The notes beneath the pieces were generated by a model, which saw only the letters and a list, made by a program, of their open reading frames with translations, was not told the DNA's origin and did not search any database. The position numbers and the translations under genes were made by a program. This document shows, one piece after another, positions 52,455-64,000 of a DNA stretch of 64,000 nt. The stretch's first letter is position 1, and every line of letters starts with the position of its first letter. This DNA is from Eledone cirrhosa (Eukaryota), in the NCBI GenBank assembly GCA_964016885.1, contig OZ024741.1:5332001-5396000 (forward strand), given 5' to 3'.

Positions 52455-55400
52455 GAGGTTATTACAGTGGTCCATTTGAGGAGGTTATTACAGTGGTCCA
52501 CTTGAGGAGGCTATTACAGTGGTCCACTTGAGGTTATTACAGTGGTCCACTTGAGGAGGTTATTACAGTGGTCCACTTGAGGAGGTTATTACAGTGGTCC
52601 ACTTGAGGTTAATACAGAGGTCCACTTGAGGAGGTTATTACAGTGGTCCACTTGAGGTTATTACAGTGGTCCATTTGAGGAGGTTATTACAGTGGTCCAC
52701 TTGAGGAGGTTATTACAGTGGTCCACTTGAGGTTATTACAGTGGTCCACTTCAGGAGGCTATTACAGTGGTCCACTTGAAGAGGCTATTACAGTGGTCCA
52801 CTTGAGAAGGTTATTACAGTGGTCCTCTTGAGGTTATTACAGTGGTCCACTTGAGGAGGCTATTAGAGTGGTCCACTTGAGGAGGTTATTACAGTGGTCC
52901 ACTTGAGAAGGTTATTACAGTGGTTCACTTGAGGTTATTACAGTGGTCAACTTGAGGAGGCTATTACAGTGGTCCACTTGAGGTGGTTATTACAGCGGTC
53001 CACTTGAGGTTATTACAGTGGTCCACTTGAGGCTATTACAGTGGTCCACTTGCGGAGGCTATTACAGAGGTCCACTTGAGGAGGTTATTATAGGGGTCCA
53101 CTTGAGGTGGTTATTACAGTGGTCCACTTGAGAAGGTTATTACGGTGGTCCAGTTTAGGTTATTACAGTGGTCCACTTGTGGAGGTTATTACAGTGGTCA
53201 ACTTGAGGTTATTACAGTGGTCCACTTGAGGAGGTTATTACAGTGGTCCACTTGAAGAGGTTATTACAGTGGTCCACTTGAGGTTATTACAGTGGTCCAC
53301 TTGAGGAGGTTATTACAGTGGTCCACTTCAGGTTATTACAGTGGTCCACTTGAGGTGGCTATTACAGTGGTCCACTTGAGGAGGCTATTACAGTGGTCCA
53401 CTTGAGGAGGTTATTACAGTGGTCCACTTGAGGAGGTTATTACAGTGGTCCACTTGAGGTGGCTATTACAGTGGTTCACTTGAGGTTATTACAGTGGTTC
53501 AATTGAGGAGGTTATTACAGTGGTCCACTTGAGGTTATTACAGTGGTCCAATTGAGGAGGTTATTACAGTGGTCCACTTGAGGAGGTTATTACAGTGGTC
53601 CACTTGAGGTTATTACAGTGTTCCACTTGAGGTGGTTACTACAGTGGTCCACTTGAGGAGGTTATTACAGTGGTCCACTTGAGGTTATTACAGTGGTCCA
53701 CTTGAGGACGCTATTACAGTGGTCCACTTAAGGTTATTACAGTGGTCCACTTGAGGAGGTTATTACAGTGGTCCACTTGAGGCTATTACAGTGGTCCACT
53801 TGAGGAGGCCATTACAGTGGTCCACTTGAGGTTATTACAGTGGTCCACTTGAGGAGGCTATTACAGCGGTCCACTTGAGGTTATTACAGTGGTCCACTTG
53901 AGGTTATTACAGTGGTCCACTTGAGGAGGCTATTACAGTGGTCCACTTGAGAAGGTTATTACAGTGGCCCACTTGAGGTTATAACAGTGGTCCACTTGAG
54001 GATGTTTTTAGAGTTGTCCACTTGAGGAGGTTATTACAGTGGTCCATTTGAGAAGGGTATTACAGTGGTCCACTTGAGGAGGCTATTACAGTGGTCCACT
54101 TGAGAAGGTCATTACAGTGGCCCACTTGAGGTTATTACAGTGGTCCACTTGAGGATGTTTTTAGAGTTGTCCACTTGAGGAGGTTATTACAGTGGTCCAA
54201 TTGAGAAGGTTATTACAGTGGTCCACTTGAGGTTATTACAGTGGTCCACTTGAGGTTATTACAGTGGTCCACTTGTAGGGGTTATTACAGTGGTGCACAT
54301 CAGGTTATTACAGTGGTCCACATGAGGTGGCTATTACAGTGGTCCACTTGAGGAGGTTATTACAGTGGTCCACTTGAGGTTATTACAGTGGTCCACTTGA
54401 GGTTATTACAGTGGTCCACTTGAGAAGGTTATTACAGTGGTCCACTTGAGGAGGTTATTACAATGGTCCACTTGGGGAGGTTATTACAGTGGTCCACATG
54501 AGGTGGCTATTACAGTGGTCCACTTGAGGAGGTTATTACAGTGGTCCACTTGAGGTTATTACAGTGGTCCACTTGAGGTTATAACAGTGGTCCACTTGAG
54601 AAGGTTATTACAGTGGTCCACTTGAGGAGGTCATTACAGTGGTCCACTTGAGGTGGTTATTACAGCGGTCCACTTGAGGTTATTAAAGTAGTCCAATTGA
54701 GGTTATTACAGTGGTCCACTTGAGGTTATTCCAGTGGTCCACTTGAGGAGGTTATTACAGTGGTCCACTTGAGGTTATTACAGTGGTCCACTTGAGGTTA
54801 TTACAGTGGTCCACTTGTAGGGGTTATTACAGTGGTGCACATCAGGTTATTACAGTGGTCCACACGAGGTGGCTATTACAGTGGTCCACTTGAGGAGGTT
54901 ATTACAGTGGTCCACTTGAGGTTATTACAGTGGTCCACTTGAGGTTATTACAGTGGTCCACTTGAGAAGGTTATTACAGTGGTCCACTTGAGGAGGTTAT
55001 TACAATGGTCCACTTGGGGAGGTTATTACAGTGGTCCTCTTGAGGAGGCTATTACAGTGGTCCACTTGATGTTATTACAGTCGTCCACTTGAGGAGGTTA
55101 TTACAGTGGTCCACTTGAGGAGGCTATTACAGTGGTCCACTTGAGGTTATTACAGTGGTCCACTTGAGGAGGTTATTACAGTGGTCCACTTGAGGAGGTT
55201 ATTACAGTGGTCCACTTGAGGTTAATACAGAGGTCCACTTGAGGAGGTTATTACAGTGGTCCACTTGAGGTTATTACAGTGGTCCATTTGAGGAGGTTAT
55301 TACAGTGGTCCACTTGAGGAGGTTATTACAGTGGTCAACTTGAGGTTATTACAGTGGTCCACTTGAGGAGGTTATTACAGTGGTCCACTTGAAGAGGTTA

Positions 55401-55625
55401 TTACAGTGGTCCACTTGAGGTGGCTATTACAGTGGTCCACTTGACGAGGTTATTACGGTGGTCCACTTGAGGAGGCTATTACAGTGGTCCACTTGAGGAG
55501 GCTATTACAGAGGTCCACTTGAGGTGGTTATTACAGTGGTCCACTTGAGGTTATTACAGTGGTCCACTTGAGGAGGTTATTACAGTGGTCCACTTGAGGT
55601 TATTACAGTGGTCCACGTGAGGAGG
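50850..55625 (+). repeat. Copy of segment about 34280-39050 at offset 16574
   Basis: ORFs 34434/51008, GCGGAGG 36478/53052 and ACGTGAGG 39041/55615 all give 16574. Rare CACACGAGG and CAGTCGTCC appear in both segments. Confidence 0.88.
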
Positions 55626-56799
55626 CTATTACAGTGGTCCACTTGAGGAGGCTATTACAGTGGTCCACTTCAGGTTATTACAGTGGTGCACTTGAGGAGC
55701 CTATTACAGTGGTCCACTTGAGGTTATTAAAGTGGTCCACTTGAGGATGTTATTACAGTGGTACATTTTAGGTGGCTATTACAGTGGTCCACTTGAGGAG
55801 GTTATTACAGTGGTCCACTTGAGGAGGTTATTACAGTGGTCCACTTGAGGAGGTTATTACAGTGGTCCACTTGAGGTTATTACAGTGGTCCATGTGAGGA
55901 GGCTATTACAGTGGTCCACTTGAGGTGGCTATTACAGTGGTCCACTTGACGAGGTTATTACGGTGGTCCACTTGAGGAGGCTATTACAGTGGTCCACTTG
56001 AGGAGGCTATTACAGAGGTCCACTTGAGGTGGCTATTACAGTGGTCCACTTGAGGTTATTACAGTGGTCCACTTGAGGAGGTTATTACAGTGGTTCACTT
56101 GAGGTTATTACAGTGGTCCACGTGAGGAGGCTATTACAGTGGTCCACTTGAGGAGGCTATTACAGTGGTCCACTTGAGGAGGTTATTACAGTGGTCCACT
56201 TGAGGTTATTACAGTGGTCCACTTGAGGAGGCTATTACAGAGGTCCACTTGAGATTATTACAGTGGTCCACTTGAGGAGGTTATTACAGTGGTCCACTTA
56301 AGGAGGTTATTACAGTGGTCCACTTGAGGAGACTATTACAGTGGTTCACTTGAGGAGGTTATTACAGTGGTCCACTTGAGGAGGTTATTACAGTGGTCCA
56401 CTTGAGGTTATTACAGTGGTCCAATTGAGGAGGTTATTACAGTGGTCCACTTGAGGAGGCTATTACAGTGGTCCACTTGAGGAGGTTATTACAGTGGTCC
56501 ACTTGAGCTCATTACAGTGGTCCACTTGAGGAGGTTATTACAGTGGTCCACTTGAGGAGGTTATTACAGTGGTCCACTTGTGGTTATTACAGTGGTCCAC
56601 TTGAGGAGGCTATTACAGTGGTCCATTTGAGGTTATTACAGTGGTCCACTTGAGGAGGTTATTACAGTGGTCCACTTGAGGTTATTACAGTGGTCCACTT
56701 GAGGTTATTACAGTTGTCCACTTGAGGTTATAACAGTGGTCCACTTGAGGAGGCTATTACAGTGGTCCACTTGAGGTTATTACAGTGATCCACTTGAGG

Positions 56800-59700
56800 A
56801 GGTTATTACAGTGGTCCACTTGAGGTTATTACAGTGGTCCACTTGAGGTTATTACAGTGGTCCACTTGAGGAGGCTATTACAGTGGTCCACTTGAGGTTA
56901 TTACAGTTGTCCACTTGAGGAAGCTATTACAGTGGTCCACTTGAGGTTATTACAGTGGTCCACTTGAGGAGGCTATTACAGTGGTCCACTTGAGGTTATT
57001 ACAGTGGTCCACTTGAGGTTATTACAGTGGTCCACTTGAGGAGGCTATTACAGTGGTCCACTTGATGTTATTACAGTGGTCCACTTGTGGAGGTTATTAC
57101 AGTGGTCCACTTGAGGTTATTACAGTGGTCGAGTTGAGGTTATTACAGTGGTCCACTTGAGGGGGCTATTACAGTGGTCCACGTGAGAAGGTTATTACAG
57201 TGGTCCACTTGAGGTTATTACAGTGGTCCACTTGAGGAGTTTATTACAGTGGTCCACTTGAGGGGTTATTACAGTGGTCCACTTGAGAAGGTTATTACAG
57301 TGGTCCACTTGAGGAGGTTATTACAGTGGTCCACTTGATGTTATTACAGTGGTCCACTTGAGGAGGCTATTACAGTGGTCCACTTGAGGAGGTTATTACA
57401 GTGGTCCACTTGAGGAGGCTATTACAGTGGTCTACTTGAGGTTATTACAGTGGTCCACTTGAGGGGGTTATTACAGTGGTCCACTTGAGGTTATTACAGT
57501 GGTCCAATTGAGGAGGTTATTACAGTGGTCCACTTGAGGTTATTACAGTGGACCAATTGAGGAGGTTATTACAGTGGTCCGCTTGAGGAGGTTATTACAG
57601 TGGTCCACTTGAGGTTATTACAGTGGTCCACTTGAGGAGGTTATTACAGTGCTCCACTTGAGGTTATTACAGTGGTCCACTTGAGGAGGTTATTACAGTG
57701 GTCCGTTTGAGGAGGTTATTACAGTGGTCCACTTGAGGTTATTACAGTGGTCCACTTGAGGAGGTTATTACAGTGGTCCAATTGAGGAGGTTATTACAGT
57801 GGTCCACTTGAGGAGGTTATTACAGTGGTCCACTTGAGGAGGTTATTACAGAGGTCCAATTGAGGAGGTTATTACAGTGGTCCACTTGAGGAGGTTATTA
57901 CAGTGGTCCAGTTGAGGTTATTACAGTGGTACACTAGAGGAGGTTATTACAGTGGTCCACTTGAGGTTATTACAGTGGTCCACTTGAGGAGGTTATTACA
58001 GTGGTCCACTTGAGGTTATTACAGTGGTCCACTTGAGGAGGCTATTACAGTGGTCCACTTGAGGTTATTACAGTGGTCCACTTGAGGAGGTTATTACAGT
58101 GGTCCACTTGAGGTTATTACAGTGGTCCACTTGAGGAGGTTATTACAGTGGTCCAATTGAGGAGGTTATTACAGTGGTCCACTTGAGGTTATTACAGTGG
58201 GCCACTAGAGGAGGTTATTACAGTGGTCCACTTGAGGTTATTACAGTGGTCCACTTGAGGAGGCTATTACAGTGGTCCACTTGAGGAGGTTATTACAGTG
58301 GTCCACTTGAGGAGGTTATTACAGTAGTCCACTTGAGGTGGTTATTACAGTGGTCCACTTGAGGTGGTTATTACAGTGGTCCACTTGAGGAGGCTATTAC
58401 AGTGGTCCACTTGAGGAGGTTATTACAGTGGTCCACTTGAGGTTATTACAGTGGTCCACTTGAGGTTATTATAGTGGTTCACTTGAGGAGGCTATTACAG
58501 TGGTCCACTTGAGGTTATTACAGTGGTCCACTTGAGGAGGCTATTAAAGTGGTCCACTTGAGGTTATTACAGTGATCCACTTGAGGAGGCTATTACAGTG
58601 GTCCACTTGAGGTTATTTCAGTGATCCACTTGAGGAGGTTATTACAGTGGTCCACTTGAGGTTATTACAGTGGTCCACTTGAGGTTATTACAGTGGTCCA
58701 CTTGAGGGGGCTATTACAGTGGTCCACTTGAGAAGGTTATTACAGTGGTCAAGTTGAGGTTATTACAGTGGTCCCCTTGAGGAGGCTATTACAGTGGTCC
58801 ACTTGAGAAGGCTATTACAGTGGTCCACTTGAGAAGGTTATTACAGTGGTCCACTTGAGGTTATTACAGTGGACCATTTGAGGAGGTTATTATAGTGCTC
58901 CACTTGAGGAGGTTATTACAGTGGTCCACTTGAGGAGGTTATTACAGTGGTCCACTTGAGGAGGTTATTACAGTGGTCCACTTGAGGAGGTTATTACAGT
59001 GGTCCACTTGAGGTGGCTATTACAGTGGTTCACTTGAGGTTATTACATTGGTCCAATTGAGGAGGTTATTACAGTGGTCCACTTGAGGAGGCTATTACAG
59101 TGGTCCACTTGAGGTTATTACAGTGGTCCACTTGAGGAGGTTAATACAGTGGTCCACTTGAGTTTATTACAGTGGTCCACTTGAGGAGGCTATTACAGTG
59201 GTCCACTTGAGGAGGTTATTACAGTGGTCCACTTGAGGTTATTACAGTGGTCCACTTGTGGAGGCTATTACAGTGGTCCACTTGAGGTTATTACAGTGGT
59301 CCACTTGAGGAGGTTATTACAGTGGTCCACTTGAGGTTATTACAGTGGTCCACTTGAGGAGGCTATTACAGTGGTCCATTTGAGGTTATTACAGTGGTCC
59401 ACTTGAGGAGGTTATTACAGTGGTCCACTTGAGGTTATTACAGTGGTCCACTTGAGGTTATTACAGTTGTCCACTTGATGTTATTACAGTGGTCCACTTG
59501 AGGAGGCTATTACAGTGGTCCACTTGAGGTTATTACAGTGATCCACTTGAGGAGGTTATTACAGTGGTCCATTTGAGGTTATTACAGTGATCCACTTGAG
59601 GTTATTACAGTGGTCCACTTGAGGAGGCTATTACAGTGGTCCACTTGAGGTTATTACAGTTGTCCACTTGAGGAAGCTATTACAGTGGTCCACTTGAGGT

Positions 59701-62700
59701 TATTACAGTGGTCCACTTGAGGAGGCTATTAGAGTGGTCCACTTGAGGTTATTACAGTGGTCCACTTCAGGTTATTACAGTGGTCCACTTGAGGAGGCTA
59801 TTACAGTGGTCCACTTGATGTTATTACAGTGGTCCACTTGTGGAGGTTATTACAGTGGTCCACTTGAGGTTATTACAGTGGTCGACTTGAGGTTATTACA
59901 GTGGTCCACTTGTGGAGGTTATTACAATGGTCCACTTGAGGAGGTTATTACAGTGGTCCACTTGAGGTTATTACAGTGGTCCACTTGAGGAGGTTATTAC
60001 AGTGGTCCACTTGAGGTTATTACAGTGGTCCACTTGAGGATTTTATTACAGTGGTCCACTTGAGGTTATTACAATGGTCCACATGAGGATTTTATTACAG
60101 TGTTCCACTTGAGGAGGTTATTACAGTGGTCCACTTGAGGAGGTTATTACAGTGGTCCACTTGAGATTATTACAGTGGTCCACTTGAGGTTATTACAGTG
60201 GTCCACTTGAGGTGGCTATTAAAGTGGTCCACTTGTGGACGTTATTACAGTGGTCCACTTGAGGTTATTACAGTGGTCCACTTGAGGTGGCTATTACAGT
60301 GGTCCACTTGAGGAGGCTATTACAGTGGTCCACTTGAGGAGGTTATTACAGTGGTCCACTTGAGGAGGTTATTACAGTGGTCCACTTGAGGTTATTACAG
60401 TGGTCCAATTGAGGAGGTTATTACAGTGGTCCACTTGAGGAGGTTATTACAGTGGTCCACTTGAGGTTATTACAGTGTTCCACTTGAGGTGGTTACTACA
60501 GTGGTCCACTTGAGGAGGTTATTACAGTGGTCCACTTGAGGTTATTACAGTGGTCCACTTGAGGAGGCTATTACAGTGGTCCACTTAAGGTTATTACAGT
60601 GGTCCACTTGAGGAGGTTATTACAGTGGCCCAGTTGAGGAGGTTATTACAGTGGTCCACTTGAGGCTATTACAGTGGTCCACTTGAGGAGGCCATTACAG
60701 TGGTCCACTTGAGGTTATTACAGTGGTCCACTTGAGGAGGCTATTACAGCGGTCCAATTGAGGTTATTACAGTGGTCCACTTGAGGAGGTTATTACAGTG
60801 GTCCACTTGAGGTTATTACAGTGGTCCACTTGAGGAGGCTATTACAGTGGTCCACTTGAGAAGGTTATTACAGTGGCCCACTTGAGGTTATTACAGTGGT
60901 CCACTTGAGGATGTTTTTAGAGTTGTCAACTTGAGGAGGTTATTACAGTGGTCCAATTGAGAAGGGTATTACAGTGGTCCACTTGAGGAGGCTATTACAG
61001 TGGTCCACTTGAGAAGGTCATTACAGTGGCCCACTTGAGGTTATTACAGTGGTCCACTTGAGGATGTTTTTAGAGTTGTCCACTTGAGGAGGTTATTACA
61101 GTGGTCCAATTGATAAGGTTATTACAGTGGTCCACTTGAGGTCATTACAGTGGTCCACTTGAGGTGGTTATTACAGCGGTCCACTTGAGGTTATTAAAGT
61201 AGTCCAATTGAGGTTATTACAGTGGTCCACTTGAGGTTATTCCAGTGGTCCACTTGAGGAGGTTATTACAGTGGTCCACTTGAGGTTATTACAGTGGTCC
61301 ACTTGAGGTTATTACAGTGGTCCACTTGTAGGGGTTATTACAGTGGTGCACTTCAGGTTATTACAGTGGTCCACATGAGGATTTTATTACAGTGGTCCAC
61401 TTGAGGTGGCTATTACAGTGGTCCACTTGAGGAGGCTATTACAGTGGTCCACTTGAGGTTATTACAGTGGTCCACTTGAGGTTATTACAGTGGTCCACTT
61501 GAGAAGGTTATTACAGTGGTCCACTTGAGGAGGTTATTACAATGGTCCACTTGGGGAGGTTATTACAGTGGTCCTCTTGAGGAGGCTATTACAGTGGTCC
61601 ACTTGAGGTTATTACAGTGGTCCACTTGAGGAGGTTATTACAGTGGTCCACTTGAGGAAGCTATTACAGTGGTCCACTTGAGGTTATTACAGTGGTCCAC
61701 TTGAGGAGGTTATTACAGTGGTCCACTTGAGGAGGTTATTACAGTGGTCCACTTGAGGTTAATACAGAGGTCCACTTGAGGAGGTTATTACAGTGGTCCA
61801 CTTGAGGTTATTACAGTGGTCCATTTGAGGAGGTTATTACAGTGGTCCACTTGAGGAGGTTATTACAGTGGTCCACTTGAGGTTATTACAGTGGTCCACT
61901 TGTAGAGGTTATTACAGTGGTGCACTTCAGGTTATTACAGTGGTCCACATGAGGATTTTATTACAGTGGTCCACTTGAGGTAGCTATTACAGTGGTCCAC
62001 TTGAGGAGGTTATTACAGTGGTCCACTTTAGGTTATTACAGTGGTCCACATGAGGTTATTACAGTGGTCCACTTGAGGAGGTTATTACAGTGGTCCACTT
62101 CAGGTTATTACAGTGGTGCACTTGAGGAGCCTATTACAGTGGTCCACTTGAGGTTATTAAAGTGGTCCACTTGAGGAGGTTATTACAGTGGTACATTTTA
62201 GGTGGCTATTACAGTGGTCCACTTGAGGAGGTTATTACAGTGGTCCACTTGAGGAGGTTATTACAGTGGTCCACTTGAGGAGGTTATTACAGTGGTCCAC
62301 TTGAGGTTATTACAGTGGTCCACGTGAGGAGGCTATTACAGTGGTCCACTTGAGGTGGCTATTACAGTGGTCCACTTGACGAGGTTATTACGGTGGTCCA
62401 CTTGAGGAGGCTATTACAGTGGTCCACTTGAGGAGGCTATTACAGAGGTCCACTTGAGGTGGCTATTACAGTGGTCCACTTGAGGTTATTACAGTGGTCC
62501 ACTTGAGGAGGTTATTACAGTGGTCCACTTGAGGTTATTACAGTGGTCCACGTGAGGAGGCTATTACAGTGGTCCACTTGAGGAGGCTATTACAGTGGTC
62601 CACTTGAGGAGGCTATTACAGTGGTCCACTTGAGGTTATTACAGTGGTCCACTTGAGTAGGCTATTACAGAGGTCCACTTGAGGTTATTACAGTGGTCCA

Positions 62701-63130
62701 CTTGAGGTTATTACAGTGGTCTTCTTGATGTTATTACAGTGGTCCACTTGAAGTTATTACAGTGGTCCACTTGAGGAGGCTATTACAGAGGTCCACTTGA
62801 GATTATTACAGTGGTCCACTTGAGGAGGTTATTACAGTGGTCCACTTAAGGAGGTTATTACAGTGGTCCACTTGAGGAGACTATTACAGTGGTTCACTTG
62901 AGGAGGTTATTACAGTGGTCCACTTGAGGAGGTTATTACAGTGGTCCACTTGAGGTTATTACAGTGGTCCAATTGAGGAGGTTATTACAGTGGTCCACTT
63001 GAGGAGGCTATTACAGTGGTCCATTTGAGGTTATTACAGTGGTCCACTTGAGGAGGTTATTACAGTGGTCCACTTGAGGTTATTACAGTGGTCCACTTGA
63101 GGTTATTACAGTTGTCCACTTGAGGTTATT
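56800..63130 (+). repeat. Further copy of the 6.8 kb-type block (related to about 45870-52140; offset 10932-10984)
   Basis: ORFs 48802/59734 (10932) and 51008/61992 (10984); shared GTCGAGTT, CACGTGAGAAGG and GTTGTCAAC markers. Confidence 0.82.
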
Positions 63131-64000
63131 ACAGTGGTCCACTTGTAGAGGTTATTACAGTGGTGCACTTCAGGTTATTACAGTGGTCCACATGAGGATT
63201 TTATTACAGTGGTCCACTTGAGGTAGCTATTACAGTGGTCCACTTGAGGAGGTTATTACAGTGGTCCACTTTAGGTTATTACAGTGGTCCACCTGAGGTT
63301 ATTACAGTGGTCCACTTGAGGAGGTTATTACAGTGGTCCACTTCAGGTTATTACAGTGGTGCACCTGAGGAGCCTATTACAGTGGTCCACTTGAGGTTAT
63401 TAAAGTGGTCCACTTGAGGAGGTTATTACAGTGGTACATTTTAGGTGGCTATTACAGTGGTCCACTTGAGGAGGTTATTACAGTGGTCCACTTGAGGAGG
63501 TTATTACAGTGGTCCACTTGAGGAGGTTATTACAGTGGTCCACTTGAGGTTATTACAGTGGTCCACGTGAGGAGGCTATTACAGTGGTCCACTTGAGGTG
63601 GCTATTACAGTGGTCCACTTGACGAGGTTATTACGGTGGTCCACTTGAGGAGGCTATTACAGTGGTCCACTTGAGGAGGCTATTACAGAGGTCCACTTGA
63701 GGTGGCTATTACAGTGGTCCACTTGAGGTTATTACAGTGGTCCACTTGAGGAGGTTATTACAGTGGTCCACTTGAGGTTATTACAGTGGTCCACGTGAGG
63801 AGGCTATTACAGTGGTCCACTTGAGGAGGCTATTACAGTGGTCCACTTGAGGAGGCTATTACAGTGGTCCACTTGAGGTTATTACAGTGGTCCACTTGAG
63901 TAGGCTATTACAGAGGTCCACTTGAGGTTATTACAGTGGTCCACTTGAGGTTATTACAGTGGTCTTCTTGATGTTATTACAGTGGTCCACTTGAAGTTAT
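61880..64000 (+). repeat. 1243 bp-period repeat (second copy starts about 63123 and runs off the window)
   Basis: GTAGAGG 61902/63145 and ORFs 61992/63235 both give offset 1243. Confidence 0.85.

Larger units (their letters stand above)
1..64000 (+). repeat. Tandem satellite array of 23/26 bp monomers, consensus CCACTTGAG(GAG)G(T/C)TATTACAGTGGT; extends beyond both window edges
   Basis: Read directly: the monomer at 1-26 is followed by the next at 27, and the pattern continues to 64000 with no unique sequence or inversion seen. Consensus GC is about 43-46%, the + strand is G-rich, and the consensus has no CpG. Confidence 0.99.

Noticed and set aside
913-63417. Sixteen 60 aa and 84 aa ORFs in the ORF track
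   Set aside because: They are translations of the satellite in which variants (TTA, TCA, TGT) remove in-frame TGA codons. They start at repeat-internal GTG, and the homologue at 25727 is broken by a TGA near 25826. I used them only as duplication markers.
1-64000. CRISPR array (23-26 bp partly palindromic repeat)
   Set aside because: The repeats abut directly with no unique spacers, and there is no leader or cas gene.
1-64000. Telomerase-made long telomeric repeat (23-26 bp units as in some budding yeasts)
   Set aside because: Variants are inherited in multi-kilobase duplicated blocks, which points to recombination or replication copying rather than templated addition. The length is far above yeast telomeres and I do not recognise the motif. 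A subtelomeric location is not excluded.
1-64000. Transposon insertion, inversion or embedded unique sequence
   Set aside because: None seen on reading through; every stretch parses as monomers in the same orientation. A very short anomaly could have been missed by eye.

Overview
The whole 64 kb window is one uninterrupted head-to-tail satellite (minisatellite-sized) array of roughly 2,600 monomers (estimated from length), all in one orientation. There are three main monomer types: 23 bp CCACTTGAGGTTATTACAGTGGT, 26 bp CCACTTGAGGAGGTTATTACAGTGGT, and a 26 bp variant with GGCTATT, plus many rarer point variants. I see no genes, RNA genes, transposons or CRISPR spacers. The listed ORFs are by-products of variants that remove the monomer's TGA. 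The informative content is the higher-order structure: rare variant monomers mark nested duplications with periods of about 153 bp, 1.24, 1.7, 4.7, 6.8, 8.7, 9.7-11 and 13.4 kb, and the offsets between copies change by whole monomers. Each monomer also carries an 11 bp interrupted palindrome (AGTGGTCCACT) and an NK-2 homeodomain-type motif (CACTTGA). The window most likely comes from eukaryotic heterochromatin (centromeric, pericentromeric or subtelomeric), but organism and function cannot be determined from the sequence alone.
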